DNA of 64,000 bases, from NCBI RefSeq assembly GCF_006345805.1, contig NW_021835479.1, forward strand, positions 5,392 through 69,391, in the 5' to 3' direction. This stretch comes from Octopus sinensis. Taxonomy: Eukaryota. A program made the position numbers and the translations under genes. The notes beneath the pieces are model-generated. The model saw only the letters and a program-made list of their open reading frames with translations, ran no database searches and had not been told where the DNA came from. Below, piece by piece: positions 39,405-53,597 of the stretch. The number at the start of each line of letters is the position of its first letter. Position 1 is the first letter of the stretch.

Positions 39405-39720
39405 CGGTGCCGCCATGAAATGTTTTAATGTTTTTGTCGAACAAATCGACTAAAATTGTTTTGTAATTATTTTGTTGAGTCTGCTGTTTATTGTATCAAT
39501 ATCTTTTTCTGAATCGCTAAAGTTACGAGGACGTAAACAAACCAATGGTGGTTTTCGAGTGGTGATGTTGGCGCGGATAAACTCAATGACGCTCACGTAT
39601 ACGTATATACGTATATACGATGGTTCCGCACAGATTCGGTCTGTAAAATTCATTCAGACGACATTGGTCAGTGTAGAGCTATAGTGAAAAATATCTGCCA
39701 AGGCATGGGCAGAGCGACTT
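39405..39720 (-). mobile_element. SINE family B, decayed
   Basis: gaacaaatcgac...cgctaaagttacgaggacgtaaac...gctatagtgaaaaatatctgccaagg. Confidence 0.7.
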
Positions 39721-39987
39721 TCTTAACTTCAGTCGAAAAACGACATATTCTTTAAATAAAACCTCGCTTGGATAACAATACAGTTCAGAATCTTATCTAG
39801 TTTAACATTTTACCTTTAATTTTATCACATTATGTGTTTACGCATGCGTATTATACATCTGCGTGTGCGTCTGTGTTGTGTGTGGTGTATGTATGTATGT
39901 ATGTATGTATGTATGTATGTATGTAGTATGTATGTATGTATGTATGTATGTATGTATGTATGCATCTCTCTCTCTCTCTCTCTCTCT

Positions 39988-40031
<44 letters not shown>

Positions 40032-40129
40032 CACATGCCGAAAGAGCTAATAATAGTTTCAAGCTTTTATAAGTATATTTATAAAATACGCCATGCATAT
40101 CCAAGCAATATTTCAGGCTCAGTTTATGC

Positions 40130-41000
40130 GTTAAATATATCTTAAAAATTAGAACGCTGGACAATGAGAAAATAAGGAAAAAAAAAATGAGAAGGAGGTC
40201 GATGCAAAAGTGAAACGAAAAGGAAGAAACGAAAAAGAGTAAAAATGAAGATGTCCGTCCTCCCTGATTTGCAGAAACCACAATTAATACAGCTGGTATG
40301 GAACAAAATAAGAGAAAATAGGTCAATGTCTACGAGGCAGCAACTTAATCCAGAGTGGATGATGTCCTCTAGTTCGACAAAAGAAACCTGTCCTGTTTGC
40401 ACCTGCTAAAAGTTTCAGCTCTGGAATTAAGCAGAGTGGTGAAATTCTTAGATGAAGGATTTTTTTTTCTGCAACGCATAAATTGCATTTCTTAGTTCCA
40501 CACGGCTCGGATTTCTCCACGATTCTCCATTTGATTGTATGTGATATGGAGTTGGTCTTCAAACTCCATACGTATTGAGCCAACTTAGTTGCATCAATTT
40601 TGTCAATGTGCTAGTAAGAAGTTAGGGTTTGCGTGACGTTTTTTTATTTAAATTGCTTTCGCATAACCTGACATAATTCTTCGTTTCAATCAAGTTTATC
40701 TTGAAGTTATGCTGTTACTTCTGCCTCTTATATGACGGAGTTTATCATACTCGCCTGGTCAATTGGACAAGATTCATACACATTTCTTCTCCCTCTTATA
40801 TGTGTGTGTAGCTTTCTTACCATTATACTTGCAGAGACAAATTGCTATGCCTTTCTTTTGGAGCTCACTATTTTCTTAACAACTCAAAGAAAACTCAAAA
40901 ATTTTGACAGGTATACTCAGACACTAAGATCATATGGAATAATCTTCGACACATTCTTGATGCCTATACACGAACTACTAGCTTCTAAGCTGTTTGCTTC
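40130..41000 (-). mobile_element. Penelope-like retroelement 3' fragment: RT C-terminal end plus GIY-YIG endonuclease (pseudogenised)
   Basis: Across frameshifts and stops: KL.SSCIGIKNVSKII; ESCPIDQASMINSVI*EAEVT; ETKNYVRLCESN; DATKLAQYVWSLKTNSISHTIKWRIVEKSEPCGTKKCNLCVAEKK; LLNSRAETFSRCKQDRFLL. These match the PLE GIY-YIG pattern CPL..C...VIY.A.V / YIGL.E..F / LS.YIW.LK....IKW.I / CNLCL.EK / LN.R.E...CRH. Confidence 0.85.
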
Positions 41001-41679
41001 CTATCCTGTCTATTGGGGCACACGTACTCTTTAAGTCGAGCAACGACACATATGCAAGCATATGTTTACACAGACATGTATACATCTGCATATATACTTA
41101 TATATGTAAAATACGAAACATAACATATATATATATATATATAATGTAATGTACATTTATTTTCAAACTCATGCAAAGTATAAACTCATGAATAAATATA
41201 TATACATAAATGCCGATAAGGATTGGGCCAGAGAAGGAATTTCATGGATGCATAAATATAGACGGGTGTGTTTTCATTCCCAGACTTCTTTTTGACAACT
41301 TCTGACTCAACCACTACTATTCATTAAACACAGTGAGTAATTTCATCTAACTCTTAAAGTTTCCAAAGCTGTTAATAAGTCGTAGAGGTCAATCAATGTT
41401 ACAAAGTTTGGTGCGTTGCTCCCCAAACAGTTATATTTAAGAAGAGGAAGCTTTACGTTTACATTAACAACAGTTACAATTGAATTGTCAAATACGAACG
41501 GGGTAAGGCTTAAAGAAACTTCTAGAAATTTCCATTCACCCAACACAATATTCTTCACGATCGCGAAAAATAAATTAATTAAATTAACTTAATTAATTTA
41601 TTGAAACTGCGACGATTAGAATATTAGCATATATTTGTATATATTTTCTTATCATTTAAATTTATGATTTTTGCCATAC

Positions 41680-41722
<43 letters not shown>

Positions 41723-42169
41723 GAGAGAGAGTGAAAGAGAAAGACGGCAGATAGAGAGAACTAAAATAGAATTGATCTTATTGGTTTCAACTGCTTGTAT
41801 AACTAATTAACCACGTAATGAACACAAGTGCTTTATATGCAAATTAGTAAAACTAGTTTAACCGAGTCGGTCTTTAATGCACTACAAATAACTTTAATCT
41901 ACTAAATTTACCGTCGACAAATGAGTCTTCTTTCTCTGCGGAAGATATGTAAAGGATAGAAACAAATCAAAAACAAATTTCTGTGCTGCAAACATTTTGT
42001 TTACTTTTGGTCATCCAATTGTAGTAATTGAAGTTGTTATTTAGCACTCGTTTAGAGCTGATCCAGCAGAAATATGATCAAAAACATTGCAGCCGCGACC
42101 ATCTTTTTTATTTCTGGGATGCGTATGACTACTTAGTGAGAGTTCATAAAAAGAAGAAAAAGCAAAATT

Positions 42170-42410
42170 ACGTTCTCCAGTCATAGCGACTCATAAGGGC
42201 CATTTTCCAGGTTTGTCTGGCTTATATATTCTCCACCTGGACGGGACGCCCGTCCGTCGCAGGATTAACTCATTTTTGCCTTCTGAGTGGACTGGAGCAA
42301 CGTGAAATGAAGTGTTTCGCTCAAGAACACAACGCATCGCCAGGTCCAGGAAAGGAAACCACAATCTTACGATAAGGAGTCCAACACCTAACTACTAAGC
42401 CACATGTCTC
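42170..42410 (-). mobile_element. SINE family C copy
   Basis: Reverse-complement homology to 15596-15860. Confidence 0.85.
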
Positions 42411-42593
42411 AACAATGTGTGTGTGTTGGTAGCATAGCTGTGTGTTGGTGGTGTTGTGGAAGGTGGTGGTGTTGTGGAAGGTGGTGGTGTTGTGGGTTGT
42501 GTTGGTGTGGGTGGTGTTGTGTGGAAGTGATGGCGGTGGTAATGGTTGTGGTGATGGTAATGGTGATGATATAGCAATGGTGATGAGACAGTT

Positions 42594-42632
<39 letters not shown>

Positions 42633-43016
42633 ATTATGTTTGTCAGTGGTAATGGTCATAGTATCTGCAGTAGTTGTAGTGTTGAAATGGTGTTGGTGGT
42701 TGCGATAGTGCTAGTAATGGTGAGTGTGAGGTAATAGTGATGAAGTGACATTAGTCAGTGGGGGTGGGGTCACGGATTAACAATGTTAGTGGAGACGACC
42801 ATAGTTATGATGGCAGTTGTAGGTTTTTTTAAACAAAATTGTCTAAGGTCATACGGAAGCACCGAAACTAGAATGGGCGGGAGACAAAGGTGGCATCGGG
42901 ATGAATAATATATATATATATTCAGTTAAACAACACCTCATTCACATGTGCTCCGCTTTTGCAATACATTAACCTTCATAGTCACAGTATTTTTAGCAAT
43001 ATAGAAGACATCTAAG

Positions 43017-43190
43017 CAGCGAGCTGGCAGAAACGTTAGCACGCCGGGCGAAATGCTTAGCGGTATTTCGTCTGTCTTTACGTCCTGAGTTCAAATTCTG
43101 CCGAGGTCGACTTTGCCTTTCGGGGTCGATAAATTAAGTACCAGTTGCGTACTGGGGTCGATCTAATCGACTGGCCCTAGAGTAGAAAAT
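43017..43190 (+). mobile_element. SINE family A monomer
   Basis: gcgagctggcagaaacgttagcacgccgggcg...ctaatcgactggcccc. Confidence 0.9.
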
Positions 43191-44109
43191 AATGTAGAAG
43201 AAATCTACTACTGGTACACTGGTGGTCGCTGTGTTGGCCCAACCCAACCGTTAGCAAACACATCTAATGCGCTGGTAGTCATAGTTCCAACTGCATTTTA
43301 CTTCCACGTAGCAGATGTCCATACTGCACAGTCCTATCAACTAAAGTTGATTTTATAGCAAACATTGCAAAGTATGATTGTGCGGTAGTGTCGGCATGAT
43401 AGTGTTTTAGTAGTTTCCCTGTGAAGCTAGTTACTATATTTCCTCAGTTAACGATATATAAGTGTATCGCAAATTTACTAGATTTAAAATATTATTCACT
43501 AACCAAAAAGAAAGATAATCTAAAAATGAAAGAAATTTTAAGCATTTTCATTAATAAGAACTTGACAGGTCCTGGCTTTAATTTGATCATGTTAATCTTA
43601 TAATTTTAGCAGTTCCGATACATTGCACATGAGACACATTATGTAGCTTTAAAGCACGTCTATAGTACTAGAAAGCACTAATTAATCTGAAATCTAAATC
43701 TCGAAGGAGCAACACTCGACTAACAGTACTTTGCTACAAAGTAACTCGAATGTATCTAGGATTCAAACTTCCCATTGTATACCATAAAAGCTACTTCTTC
43801 ACCAAATAAGTAGGCAAATAAAACGTGTAAACTATTTTACACACTATACGTCTAGATGCTTTCTGTTGTCTGTTCGACTGATGCGTCATTGTTTGAAGAA
43901 ACATAACCAGGTGTAAGATTGCTTTCGCCGACAGAACAATTTGAAAGAATTTCTCGAGGTGTACGTTCTTTTTAGCTGTTTGACGTTTTGATGGCTGAGT
44001 GAAACAAAGCTGAATCAATTGACGTAAAGAAAGGTGTTACTCGGCCAGTGTCGGCGTATCACAGTAGCTTAAGGTTTCACCAAGACACACACACACATAT
44101 ACGCAGAAA

Positions 44110-44192
<83 letters not shown>

Positions 44193-44241
44193 TACATACA
44201 CACACATATATATATACATATATATAAATATACATATATGC

Positions 44242-44274
<33 letters not shown>

Positions 44275-44298
44275 ATATATATATATACATATATATAT

Positions 44299-44329
<31 letters not shown>

Positions 44330-44366
44330 TTATATATACTTGCATATATAAACATATACATATATA

Positions 44367-44424
<58 letters not shown>

Positions 44425-44510
44425 GTGTGTGTGTATATATATATACACACACATACATATATATACACATATATAAACATATGTATGTATACAGACACAC
44501 ACACACACAC
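44110..44510. repeat. Complex (TA)n array
   Basis: Direct observation. Confidence 0.95.
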
Positions 44511-46649
44511 TCACACATTTATGAACGTATGCATGCAGATAATCACTTTTCTTATTTTTATATCCTTACACAGCGACATTCGATATTTAAAACGCGGGCG
44601 TCGGTTTTATAAAAAAAATATATCTCATTTGAGTTTATCTTCAGCGACTTACAGCCTTTAATCTCGGGTTGCTGCGAAAAATTACATTAACCGTCTCCGA
44701 CTAAAAATAAACATAATCAAACGCACGCACACAACACACACACACACACACACAGGCACAGATGTACACACACGCACAAACACACATAAACAAATAAACA
44801 AACAAACAGGCAGGCACGTATAACCCGCACATGAAACGTATTGTAAGGTGGTGTCTCTCAGGTTTTATGGTTAAGGTGTGTGAATTGGACGGACTGATAG
44901 TGAAGTACAGACTACGTGTTGTACTTTAGTTGAAATTCACAGCGTGAATTGATCAAAAAGATTTTTGGGGTGGAAGTAAAAAAAAAAAAATTAAAAATAA
45001 AAAAAGAGATAAAGAAATAAAAACAAGACAAAAGAAAAAAGCACCGGACAGGAGCAATTGCAAAAGAACGGTGGGATGTGGAAAAAGAGAGAAAAGTGAT
45101 ACAAAAGTGAAGAGGAAGGGAGAGGATTTTTTTAAGAAATGCCCAAAGAAGACGGATCAGGAAATAGATGAAGGGAGCTAAATATATAAAAGAAAATAAA
45201 GAATGCAGATTATGTGAGGAGAAGATGAGAGAAGGTTATAAAAGTAATCTTTATTGCTCTTTTGGGAGCATTTTTGCTTTATTTTTTGCCTTATTTTTTT
45301 AACGTTGCGATTGTATGATATCGAAGACTTATAATGAAATATCAATGTATATAACAAATGCACGCTGCACACACAAACATCTACACACTCATTAAATCGA
45401 TTTGCATATATTCACACATAGTTAAATGCGATCACACATATTCACACGAATATAAAGACACTCCCCGCACGCCAACCTCGTCGATCTATGCGGACTTTCG
45501 ACGCCCGCCAGTTTCTTGTGTCTTTTAACCTTTTTTATATTAATTCCCATGTGTCTGTGTGGGGGAGGGTGCAGATATAGGGTTGTGGTTAAGAAATTCT
45601 CTGAGTAGCCATGGGATTCCGGTTTCGCTCCCACTGCGTAGGGCCCTCAGCAAGTGTCTTTTACTAAGTGTAATGAATCTAGTACATGGAAATTGCCTTA
45701 AAGCCAAATATGTGTGTCAGTGTGTGTTTATATAAATATATACCCACATATATATACACATAAATATATTCATTATATGTATATATAATATATAACACAT
45801 GAAATTCCCGGTCGTCTGTATCGTCCTCATAATATATATATATATATATACATCCATTGCGTTTGTTTTTGCATATGCCTGCAGCAAGAAGGAATGATAA
45901 AACGGTGAATCAAATAAAAATTACTGTGCACAAGACCCTTTATACCTAGGTAAACTTAGCTATTCGATAGATAAAATTTAATGAAATAAATGCCAGACAA
46001 TATAACAGGGTTGGCATACTTGAACAAAACCCTGGAATGCAGTAATCCAACAAAGAGCTGCAGTCCAAAGAATGGAATTGGAAAAATAAAGAACATATGT
46101 GTTTGATTGTATGCATATGTACGTTGTAAGCAATTTCTTTGCTCAGTATAATGCAACAAACAACTGTGGAATTTTAAGTAAATGCTATATGATATTTGCT
46201 GGTCTGAACCTGTTGCCTACGTCAGATGCTCAGTATTACAGGCTGGTCTCAAGTCTGCAGGTTTAGTATATTAAAATTCTTACATTTATTAGCGTGTAAG
46301 CAGAATGGTCTGTGATGAGCTTGTTGTTAACAAACAGACACATCTAAGTTTATTTTCTTTCAGTTTTAGCTCATCCTTTATCAACCTTGTTATGCTTTAG
46401 TATCTTAAATTTTACAATACTGCCGTACACTTGCTCTCGTTGCTAATGCTTAACTGTTAGTAAGCCAAGATGGCGTACTTTTAACTCTTTGCCTGTTATA
46501 TGTACCACGTGATACACTGAACATATTTCCCTGGCGTCCATGCATTATATATAACACAGTTTTTTTTTTTTCAACTACCAGACTAACTTGGGCCTTATGA
46601 AAAGAAAGCTTTATATTATTGAGAACGTATGAAACAAGGGCTAACTATA

Positions 46650-46685
46650 TATATATATATAATAATTTGAGGGAATATTATCAAT

Positions 46686-46721
<36 letters not shown>

Positions 46722-47560
46722 ATAATTTGAGGGAATATTATTCCTAACTTACAGGGAAAAATTCATTTAGAAATACTTAATCAAATTTCACAAAATATAA
46801 TATATATATAAAAATTAGAAAAAAACCACCTTTTATCAATTCAAAATGAACAGTTAAATTACACCATCTAGAAAATTACATATAATAGAAATATTAAATA
46901 TAAAATAACAACAATATACCGATGATTAAGTAATGTGCAAAATAATAAATAAAACGTACATATTTGGTAGAATAATGACACGTGTTTCGTGGCTGTATTT
47001 AAGAAAGAATTATAGTAAAAAAATTAGTAGTAATAGTAAAATCACTTCGATATAAATATAGCCACTCATCAGGTTAAAAATAAACTACAATAATAAAATT
47101 ATTAATTAATAAATATACGTAAATAATCTTTTAAAATATAAATATATTCTTTAAAATAGATATCTATATATAAGATACTAAATATACATTAAGTAAAAAC
47201 TAAATACAATACTTTAAATTATATACATTAAATTAGATTATTAATTAATATGTTTATTTAATAAACATCCAAATACAGTCTAATACCCATTAAGCAATTA
47301 ATACTAAAACCTTAAAATTAATTAATATACACAATGCTAGTACAAGCCATTAATACTGGAATCAAAATAAGAAATGGTTCAAATATAGACACACTCATTA
47401 AATAAACTAACTATATAATTAATATATATGTGTAGTTTCTATAGATTTAATATATCACTCAATAATATAGTTGACCAAAATATCAATTAATATAAAACCT
47501 AATTTACTTAAATTTAATACTACTTAATATATATACCAGCTAATTATTAAATATATATAT
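46650..47560 (-). mobile_element. AT-rich Penelope-type non-autonomous element
   Basis: Contains the HHR and has TA-rich flanks. The terminal motif tataataatttgagggaatattat is duplicated (~46655 and ~46715). A possible decayed GIY-YIG C-terminus (SIFEPFLILI/PSIN) lies at ~47349-47390 and is weak evidence. Confidence 0.6.
46961..47092 (-). ncRNA. Type I hammerhead ribozyme with intact core and 77-nt stem II
   Basis: Minus strand: CTGATGA(47072-47066)-GTGGCT...AGCCAC-GAAAC(46988-46984)-ACGT-GTC(46979-46977). Stem II base is 13 bp with 1 mismatch. Loop III lies in the palindrome ACACGTGT. Stem I is imperfect. Confidence 0.8.
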
Positions 47561-48289
47561 GAGAGTTTACGAGAAACAGGCAAAGGGTTGATGTCCATTC
47601 ATGATTCTCCTGTCCTTTGTCCATACACAGTGTATCTAAGACGAAACAGTAGCAATCCCCATTATTATTGTTTACCTCTAGATCAGTCCTAATTCAGAAG
47701 ACCTATGACCAAAGCATTCCAGCCGTGACCATGTTGTTTTATACTACTTATAACTATATTATGTGGGTTTTTTTGTATTACAGAAGGCAGAGTGCTACTG
47801 CAACGATATTTAGTTGCATTTCTACAAGTTTGAGCGACCATTGGTTCGTAAGTTGCTTGAGTAAGTGAGCTTGTTTGTTATATCTACACACTGCTTGGTG
47901 TTGTGTAATTATTTAAGGACAACTGTTGGAAGGCTGGATGTGTGAATGAGTGAATGGGTGAACATTCGGGGTGAACGGGTGGATGAATGAAATTGCAAAA
48001 TGGTGAAAGGTGGAACGAAGGAAATGAGACGAAGGAAAGAAACAATGAATAGCAAAGAAAAGTGAGAGGAAAGAAGAGAAATGTAGAAAGGTGTACGGAG
48101 AAAGGAAGGTAATAAAGGAAAAGGTCATAGAAAGAGAAGGACAATGGAAGTGCATGAAATAAAATGAGAAAAAAAGGAGACAAAAAAGGGGGGGGTATAA
48201 ATAACAAAAATATTATTAAAAGAGAAAGAAGGGAAGACATAAACAACAATGGCGAGTGAAGGGAAAGCACAAATATGAAAAAAGAAACG

Positions 48290-48505
48290 TACGTATGTAC
48301 GTATGTATGTATGTATGTATGTATGTGTGTATGCATGTATGTGTGTATGTATGTATGTGTGTATGTATGTATGTGTGTATGTATGTATGTATGTGTGTAT
48401 GTATGTATGTGTGTATGTATGTATGCGTGTATGTATGTATGTGTGTATGTATGTATGTATGTATGTATGTATGTATGTGTGTATGTATGAGTGTGTGTGT
48501 GTATA
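48290..48505. repeat. (TGTA)n with periodic TGTG interruptions
   Basis: Higher-order period of 12-16 bp. Confidence 0.9.
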
Positions 48506-48914
48506 TAGTAAGTAAAAAGATTGAAAAACCGGAAGTTGTAGCATTCAAGGACATTGAGTGCAAAATGAAAAGCTTAAGTTCCCAACGCAGTATCGAAACT
48601 GGGTCGCCAATTGTCTTCATAGGGACTAACCCCTTTTGCGCTTATCCGCTCGAGGAAATCGAAATTACCGTGTTGTGAATTGGCATGACGTCTTTGTGCA
48701 AGGAAAGTAAAGTTGTTTGGTTGTCTTAGTTTGGAATGCGAACTTTACGACCTGGACGCTAGAAATTGTTTAATGTATCTCACATAGTCATTGCTGCTGT
48801 TGTTGTTCTTGTTGCTATTGCTGTTGCGGTTTACTACCATGTCAGTGCTGATTAGGTAAACCTATGATCAAAAGCATTCCAGCTGTGACCAACCTGCCTT
48901 TATTGCATATCTCA

Positions 48915-49315
48915 TTTACTTTTTTTACTTGTTTCAGTCATTTGACTGTGGCCATGCTGGAGCACCACCTTCAAGTCGAACAAATCGACCCCAGGACTTA
49001 TTCTTTGTAAGCCTAGTACTTATTCTATCGGTCTCTTCTGCCGAACCGCTAAGTTACGGGTACGTAAGCACACCACCATCGGTTGTTAAGCGATGGAGGG
49101 AGGACAAACACAGACACACAAACATACACACACACATATATATATATATATATACATATATACGACGGGCTTCTTTCAGTTTCTGTCTACCAAACCCACT
49201 CACAAGGCTTTGGTCGACCCGAGGCTATGGTAGAGGACACTTGCCCAAGGTTCCACGCAGTGGGACTAAACCCGGAACTGTGTGGTTGGTAAGCAAGTTA
49301 CTTACCACAAATTAA
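48915..49315 (-). mobile_element. SINE family B
   Basis: Reverse-complement homology, internal (CA)/(TA)n. Confidence 0.9.
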
Positions 49316-49904
49316 CATATCTTTTTCTACTTAAGATTCTAATGTATGATTTGAGAGGTATTACTTAAACTTTTCGCACCTTTGGAGCATTGGCCTGCGA
49401 TAGCTTTTTTTTGTACTGTCTTTGCCTCTAGATTCTCTTTTCTGTCCCTCTACTGGTTTTTCAGCTCTACCTTTCGAATTTTGCTGCACCACGCCCAATG
49501 TTTCCCCAAGGGAAGGCTTTCTTCCTCCAGTTTTTGTTCTTTTTGAATTGTCATCAGCTTTTTTTAAATGGGGTGTTGACCTGATGCAAATTCATTTTTA
49601 TCTCTGGTAACAGGTGATCCACATTGGTTTGGCCTCTTTCTTTTCACCTGTTCTGCATGGGAGGTCCTATCTGAAGCTTGCGTCCTATGGGCATAGCTCT
49701 CATGATCAATCAGGCATATAAGCCACCTCACATAACAAGGACTGGATCTTATACACGTGCCTGTGGAATATTCCCTGTACATTTCGCAACTGCAATTTTT
49801 CTGCCACATTCTTCGTGGTAATGGCGATTTGACGTCTATGTCTAGCGTATAGGCTGTCCACTTTAGTGGTCAGTCCTGTAAATTTGATATATATATATAT
49901 ATAT

Positions 49905-49973
<69 letters not shown>

Positions 49974-50304
49974 AAGAGAGATAGATAGATAGATAGATAG
50001 CTATGGAGATATAGAGAGAGAAAGAGTTTGGTCTAGTTTGTACCGCTTAACCCAGTCACGTGCGTTTTGATGTTTGTTCCTATATTAATGACTTCAATAG
50101 AGAACTCAAACAAAGATATAGACAAAGCCTGCGCTACTTTGAATACATTAATAACAATATATTACTGAAACACAAAGCAACAAAATCGTGTTTATCACCG
50201 TTAGAGTGCTCAATAAATCACCCTATGATCTTAAGTGTTCCAGCCATGATTTTCCAATCTTATTTTTTAGGTATAATATACCTAGGGTTATATTATCCAA
50301 AGTG

Positions 50305-50430
50305 TGAAGGCGCGTGGCCCAGTGGTCAGAGTGTTGCATTCATGATTGCAAGATCGTGGTTTCAATCCCTGGACTGCGTTGCCCGCTGTGTTCTTAAGCA
50401 AGACTTTTCGTTTCACGTTGCTTTGCTATT
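50305..50430 (+). mobile_element. SINE family C head and CORE-like part
   Basis: ggcgcgtggcccagtggtcag...gtttcaatccc...cttaagcaagac...ttcacgttgct. Confidence 0.75.
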
Positions 50431-51027
50431 ACTTCGACATCCATCATGTGGTACACCGTGTACCTGTAGAGATAATGCCAGTTTGATGGAGGATGTGAGC
50501 TCATGTACACCACAAGCGTTTGATCACTATAAACGAATCATCTCTGTAGGCTCTTCAGCAAGGAATTGCAGAACCTCCGCCAGCCGTTTACGACTGGTGG
50601 AGAATCCGCCACTATCCAAACTGAAGAGCCTGATCTGAATGAGATTTCTGTTAATTCTAGCAGGTTGAGCAACTGCTAATGGCTTCTGTGTTTGGTTTCA
50701 AGACCAAAGATTTCTAGATGTGGAGGACAATGAAGTCGTAATGTGCTCCTACCAATCACGAGAACTTAGAAGCATAAATTAGGCGAAACCACGACCATCA
50801 CACGGTTGGGAGGTAGTTTAGTTCATAATGTTTGACACTTGACTTTCAGATACATGTTAATAATAACAAACTTCTTGAAACAGAAATAATGAGGTTATTG
50901 ACTAAAAGACTTGTAATAATTATTTCGTCTTTGCATCTACTCTGTTCAGATTTCAGGAATGACGTCATATCGTCATCCAGTTTACACTAAAGAAAATATG
51001 TACCAGATTATATTTTATGGCTTCGAA

Positions 51028-51105
51028 AGGCGGCGAGCTGGCAGAATCGTTGGTGCGGAATTTCAGGCCTAATGCCTATAGTAGAAATTATTATTATTAT
51101 TATTA

Positions 51106-51156
<51 letters not shown>

Positions 51157-51378
51157 CATCATTATGGCGTGCTAACGATTATGCCCGCTCGCCATAAATC
51201 TTAGCAGCGGCATTTCGTTCATCTTTACGTTCTAAGTTCAAATTGCGTCGAGGTCGACTTTGTCTTTCATCTTTTTAGGGGTCGAAAAAAATAAGTACGA
51301 GCCGAGCATTGGGGCCGATGTAATCAACTTACCCCCTGTACCGAAATTTGTGGCCTTGTGCCAAAATTTGTAATCAAT
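51028..51378 (+). mobile_element. Rearranged SINE family A pieces around (ATT)n
   Basis: A head fused to a tail, then (ATT)n, then an inverted head and a body. Confidence 0.75.
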
Positions 51379-52093
51379 AATTTATGGCATGTTTGAGCCT
51401 ATTCGAGGGCTCAGAAACCGGTTGTATTCGTTGTGTTCTAGTTCTGATTCAATTACGACCATACATACTCCTAAAATACAAATTATGCCTATACGCTTCG
51501 AAAACGAATTATAAGCAGCAGGGTTCTGTGATATTCATGCCTTTACCAGAGATGTACTAGCAGTAGCAGCGTGAGGAGGGTGGCGGGGAGATTGGAATGG
51601 TTTCAATCCGGGAAGTCTAAAATGAGGACAGTTCAGCCTCGTTGTAACAGAAGTTTACCATTTGCATTGCGAGGCTTGAGTCAAATGTGTGTTAATAATG
51701 AATGAAGGATAGTCGTGGGAAAATGTTAAAAATAATATCATCACCCCATTAAGATATGAAAATATGGTTATTAATACAATGTTTGGTTTGGTTTACCATT
51801 GTCAAGGGTCAGCTCTATTATTCACACATGTTCACATATTTGTGTATTTACACATGCATAAAATACAATGACAAAGCGACGCTCATGAAACCACACACTT
51901 AATCGCACGTACACACATACACTTAAAACGCATTCAAGCATACACACAAACACAGAATATATTCAAGTACACACACACACACACACACATGTATGCATGC
52001 ATAAAATACATTCAAGCATACACACTCACATACAATAATATTTGAATACACAAAACACTTTTCCGTTGTTCATTCATGATGTTGGTACTCAGT

Positions 52094-52147
<54 letters not shown>

Positions 52148-52874
52148 CATATACATGCACAAAAGATTATGAATGCGTATATATAACTATGCGTGTGTGC
52201 GTGTACGTGTGTACATGCGTACATGCTACATATACATACACACACATACATACATATATATATATTCATATATGGAAAAATATTTATATGTATAGATATA
52301 TATGTACAAGCATATATATATTCCTATACATAAATATATACGTATATACACCACACACACACACACACACACAACACACACACACACACATACACAAAGG
52401 TGCTCACCCAGAGAACAAGAGTAATGAAGTTGAGCAGGAAGACATCAATATGAGAAATTAGTGAAGGAGGAAGCGAAAGAGATGGCAAAGAGGCGATGGC
52501 GACCAGACAGACAGCGACACCTAACCATACGAGAGCGAATCATTTGGATGTTATTTTAATGTTGCACTTAAAATGACTTCCAACCGGTTAACCTTCCTCT
52601 TTTAAATCTATTTCACGTTTTCAACATTGTTTATAAACACTGTGTACAGTTCTTTAAACGTATAACATATTTAATAGTCCGATGCTCATGTTGACTGAAT
52701 GAATATTCATTACACATTGTAATGGCGAACCGGTGGATTAATTCAGTGAATCGTTAGGCCAATGAGGAAACCACCAAATGATGGCTCGAACAGCTAGAAA
52801 TAGTAGATTATTATCCCTAAACTTATAGTCTAACATCTTGAGTAAAGAATAAAGTAGGAATCGTTAACCTTTTG

Positions 52875-53285
52875 TGTTTTATCTTTTTTTATATTGGACT
52901 GCTGCCACGCTGGAGCACCGCCTTGAATGGTTTAGTCGAACAAATCGCTCGCAGTACATATTTTTAAATGTTGGTAATTATTCCGTCATTTCTTTTGCTG
53001 AACAACTAAGTTACGGGAAAGCAGAAAAACTAACACCACTTTTCATGCGATAGAGGTGACAAATACACACACACACGCACACACATACATGCACACACAT
53101 ACATGCACATACACATATACATAAATACGACGGGCTCCCACACAGATTTTTGTTTTTGTTTGCCAAATTCACTCATGAGGAATTGGTCGGCTAGGAACTA
53201 TAGCATAAGAAATTTTCCCAAGGTGCCATTCAGCAAGATTGAACCCAAAACCATGTGATTGTAAAGCGAGATTCTTAACCATCAG
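52875..53285 (-). mobile_element. SINE family B, decayed
   Basis: ggactgctgccacgctggagcaccgcc...cccaaggtgcc...ttcttaacc. Confidence 0.8.
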
Positions 53286-53555
53286 CGTACTTAGAGTTGA
53301 TCTAACTCAATGTCTTGAACAAAAATGCTGGAGTGGGCACAGCTTTATGTGGGTCTGGTCAAACACGGGGGTCCAGGGGATGAACGACAGCTAGAACGAC
53401 ATCAGTAATCGATTTAAGGTCAATTTTCATTACCAGACGATTAATGAAATAAATCTTATTTTACTCATGCTCCAATCTATTATTCTCATTACTTCTCCAA
53501 ACAAAAAGGTCCGAACGAACAGTTCATATCAATAGTTACACTCCCTCAAACACAG

Positions 53556-53593
<38 letters not shown>

Positions 53594-53597
<4 letters not shown>

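Noticed and set aside
45190-45275. piggyBac-like Cys-rich tail (ECRLCEEK...LYC)
   Set aside because: Too short, in purine-biased sequence, with no other transposase motifs or TIRs.
46650-47560. Nuclear mitochondrial insertion or control region
   Set aside because: Very AT-rich, but no mitochondrial gene or tRNA was recognised, and the intact HHR and TA-flanked duplicated terminus fit a Penelope-type element better.
51394-51423. Hammerhead (TGAGCC/GGCTCA-GAAAC-CG-GTT)
   Set aside because: Only the 3' half is present; there is no CUGANGA in register and no stem I.
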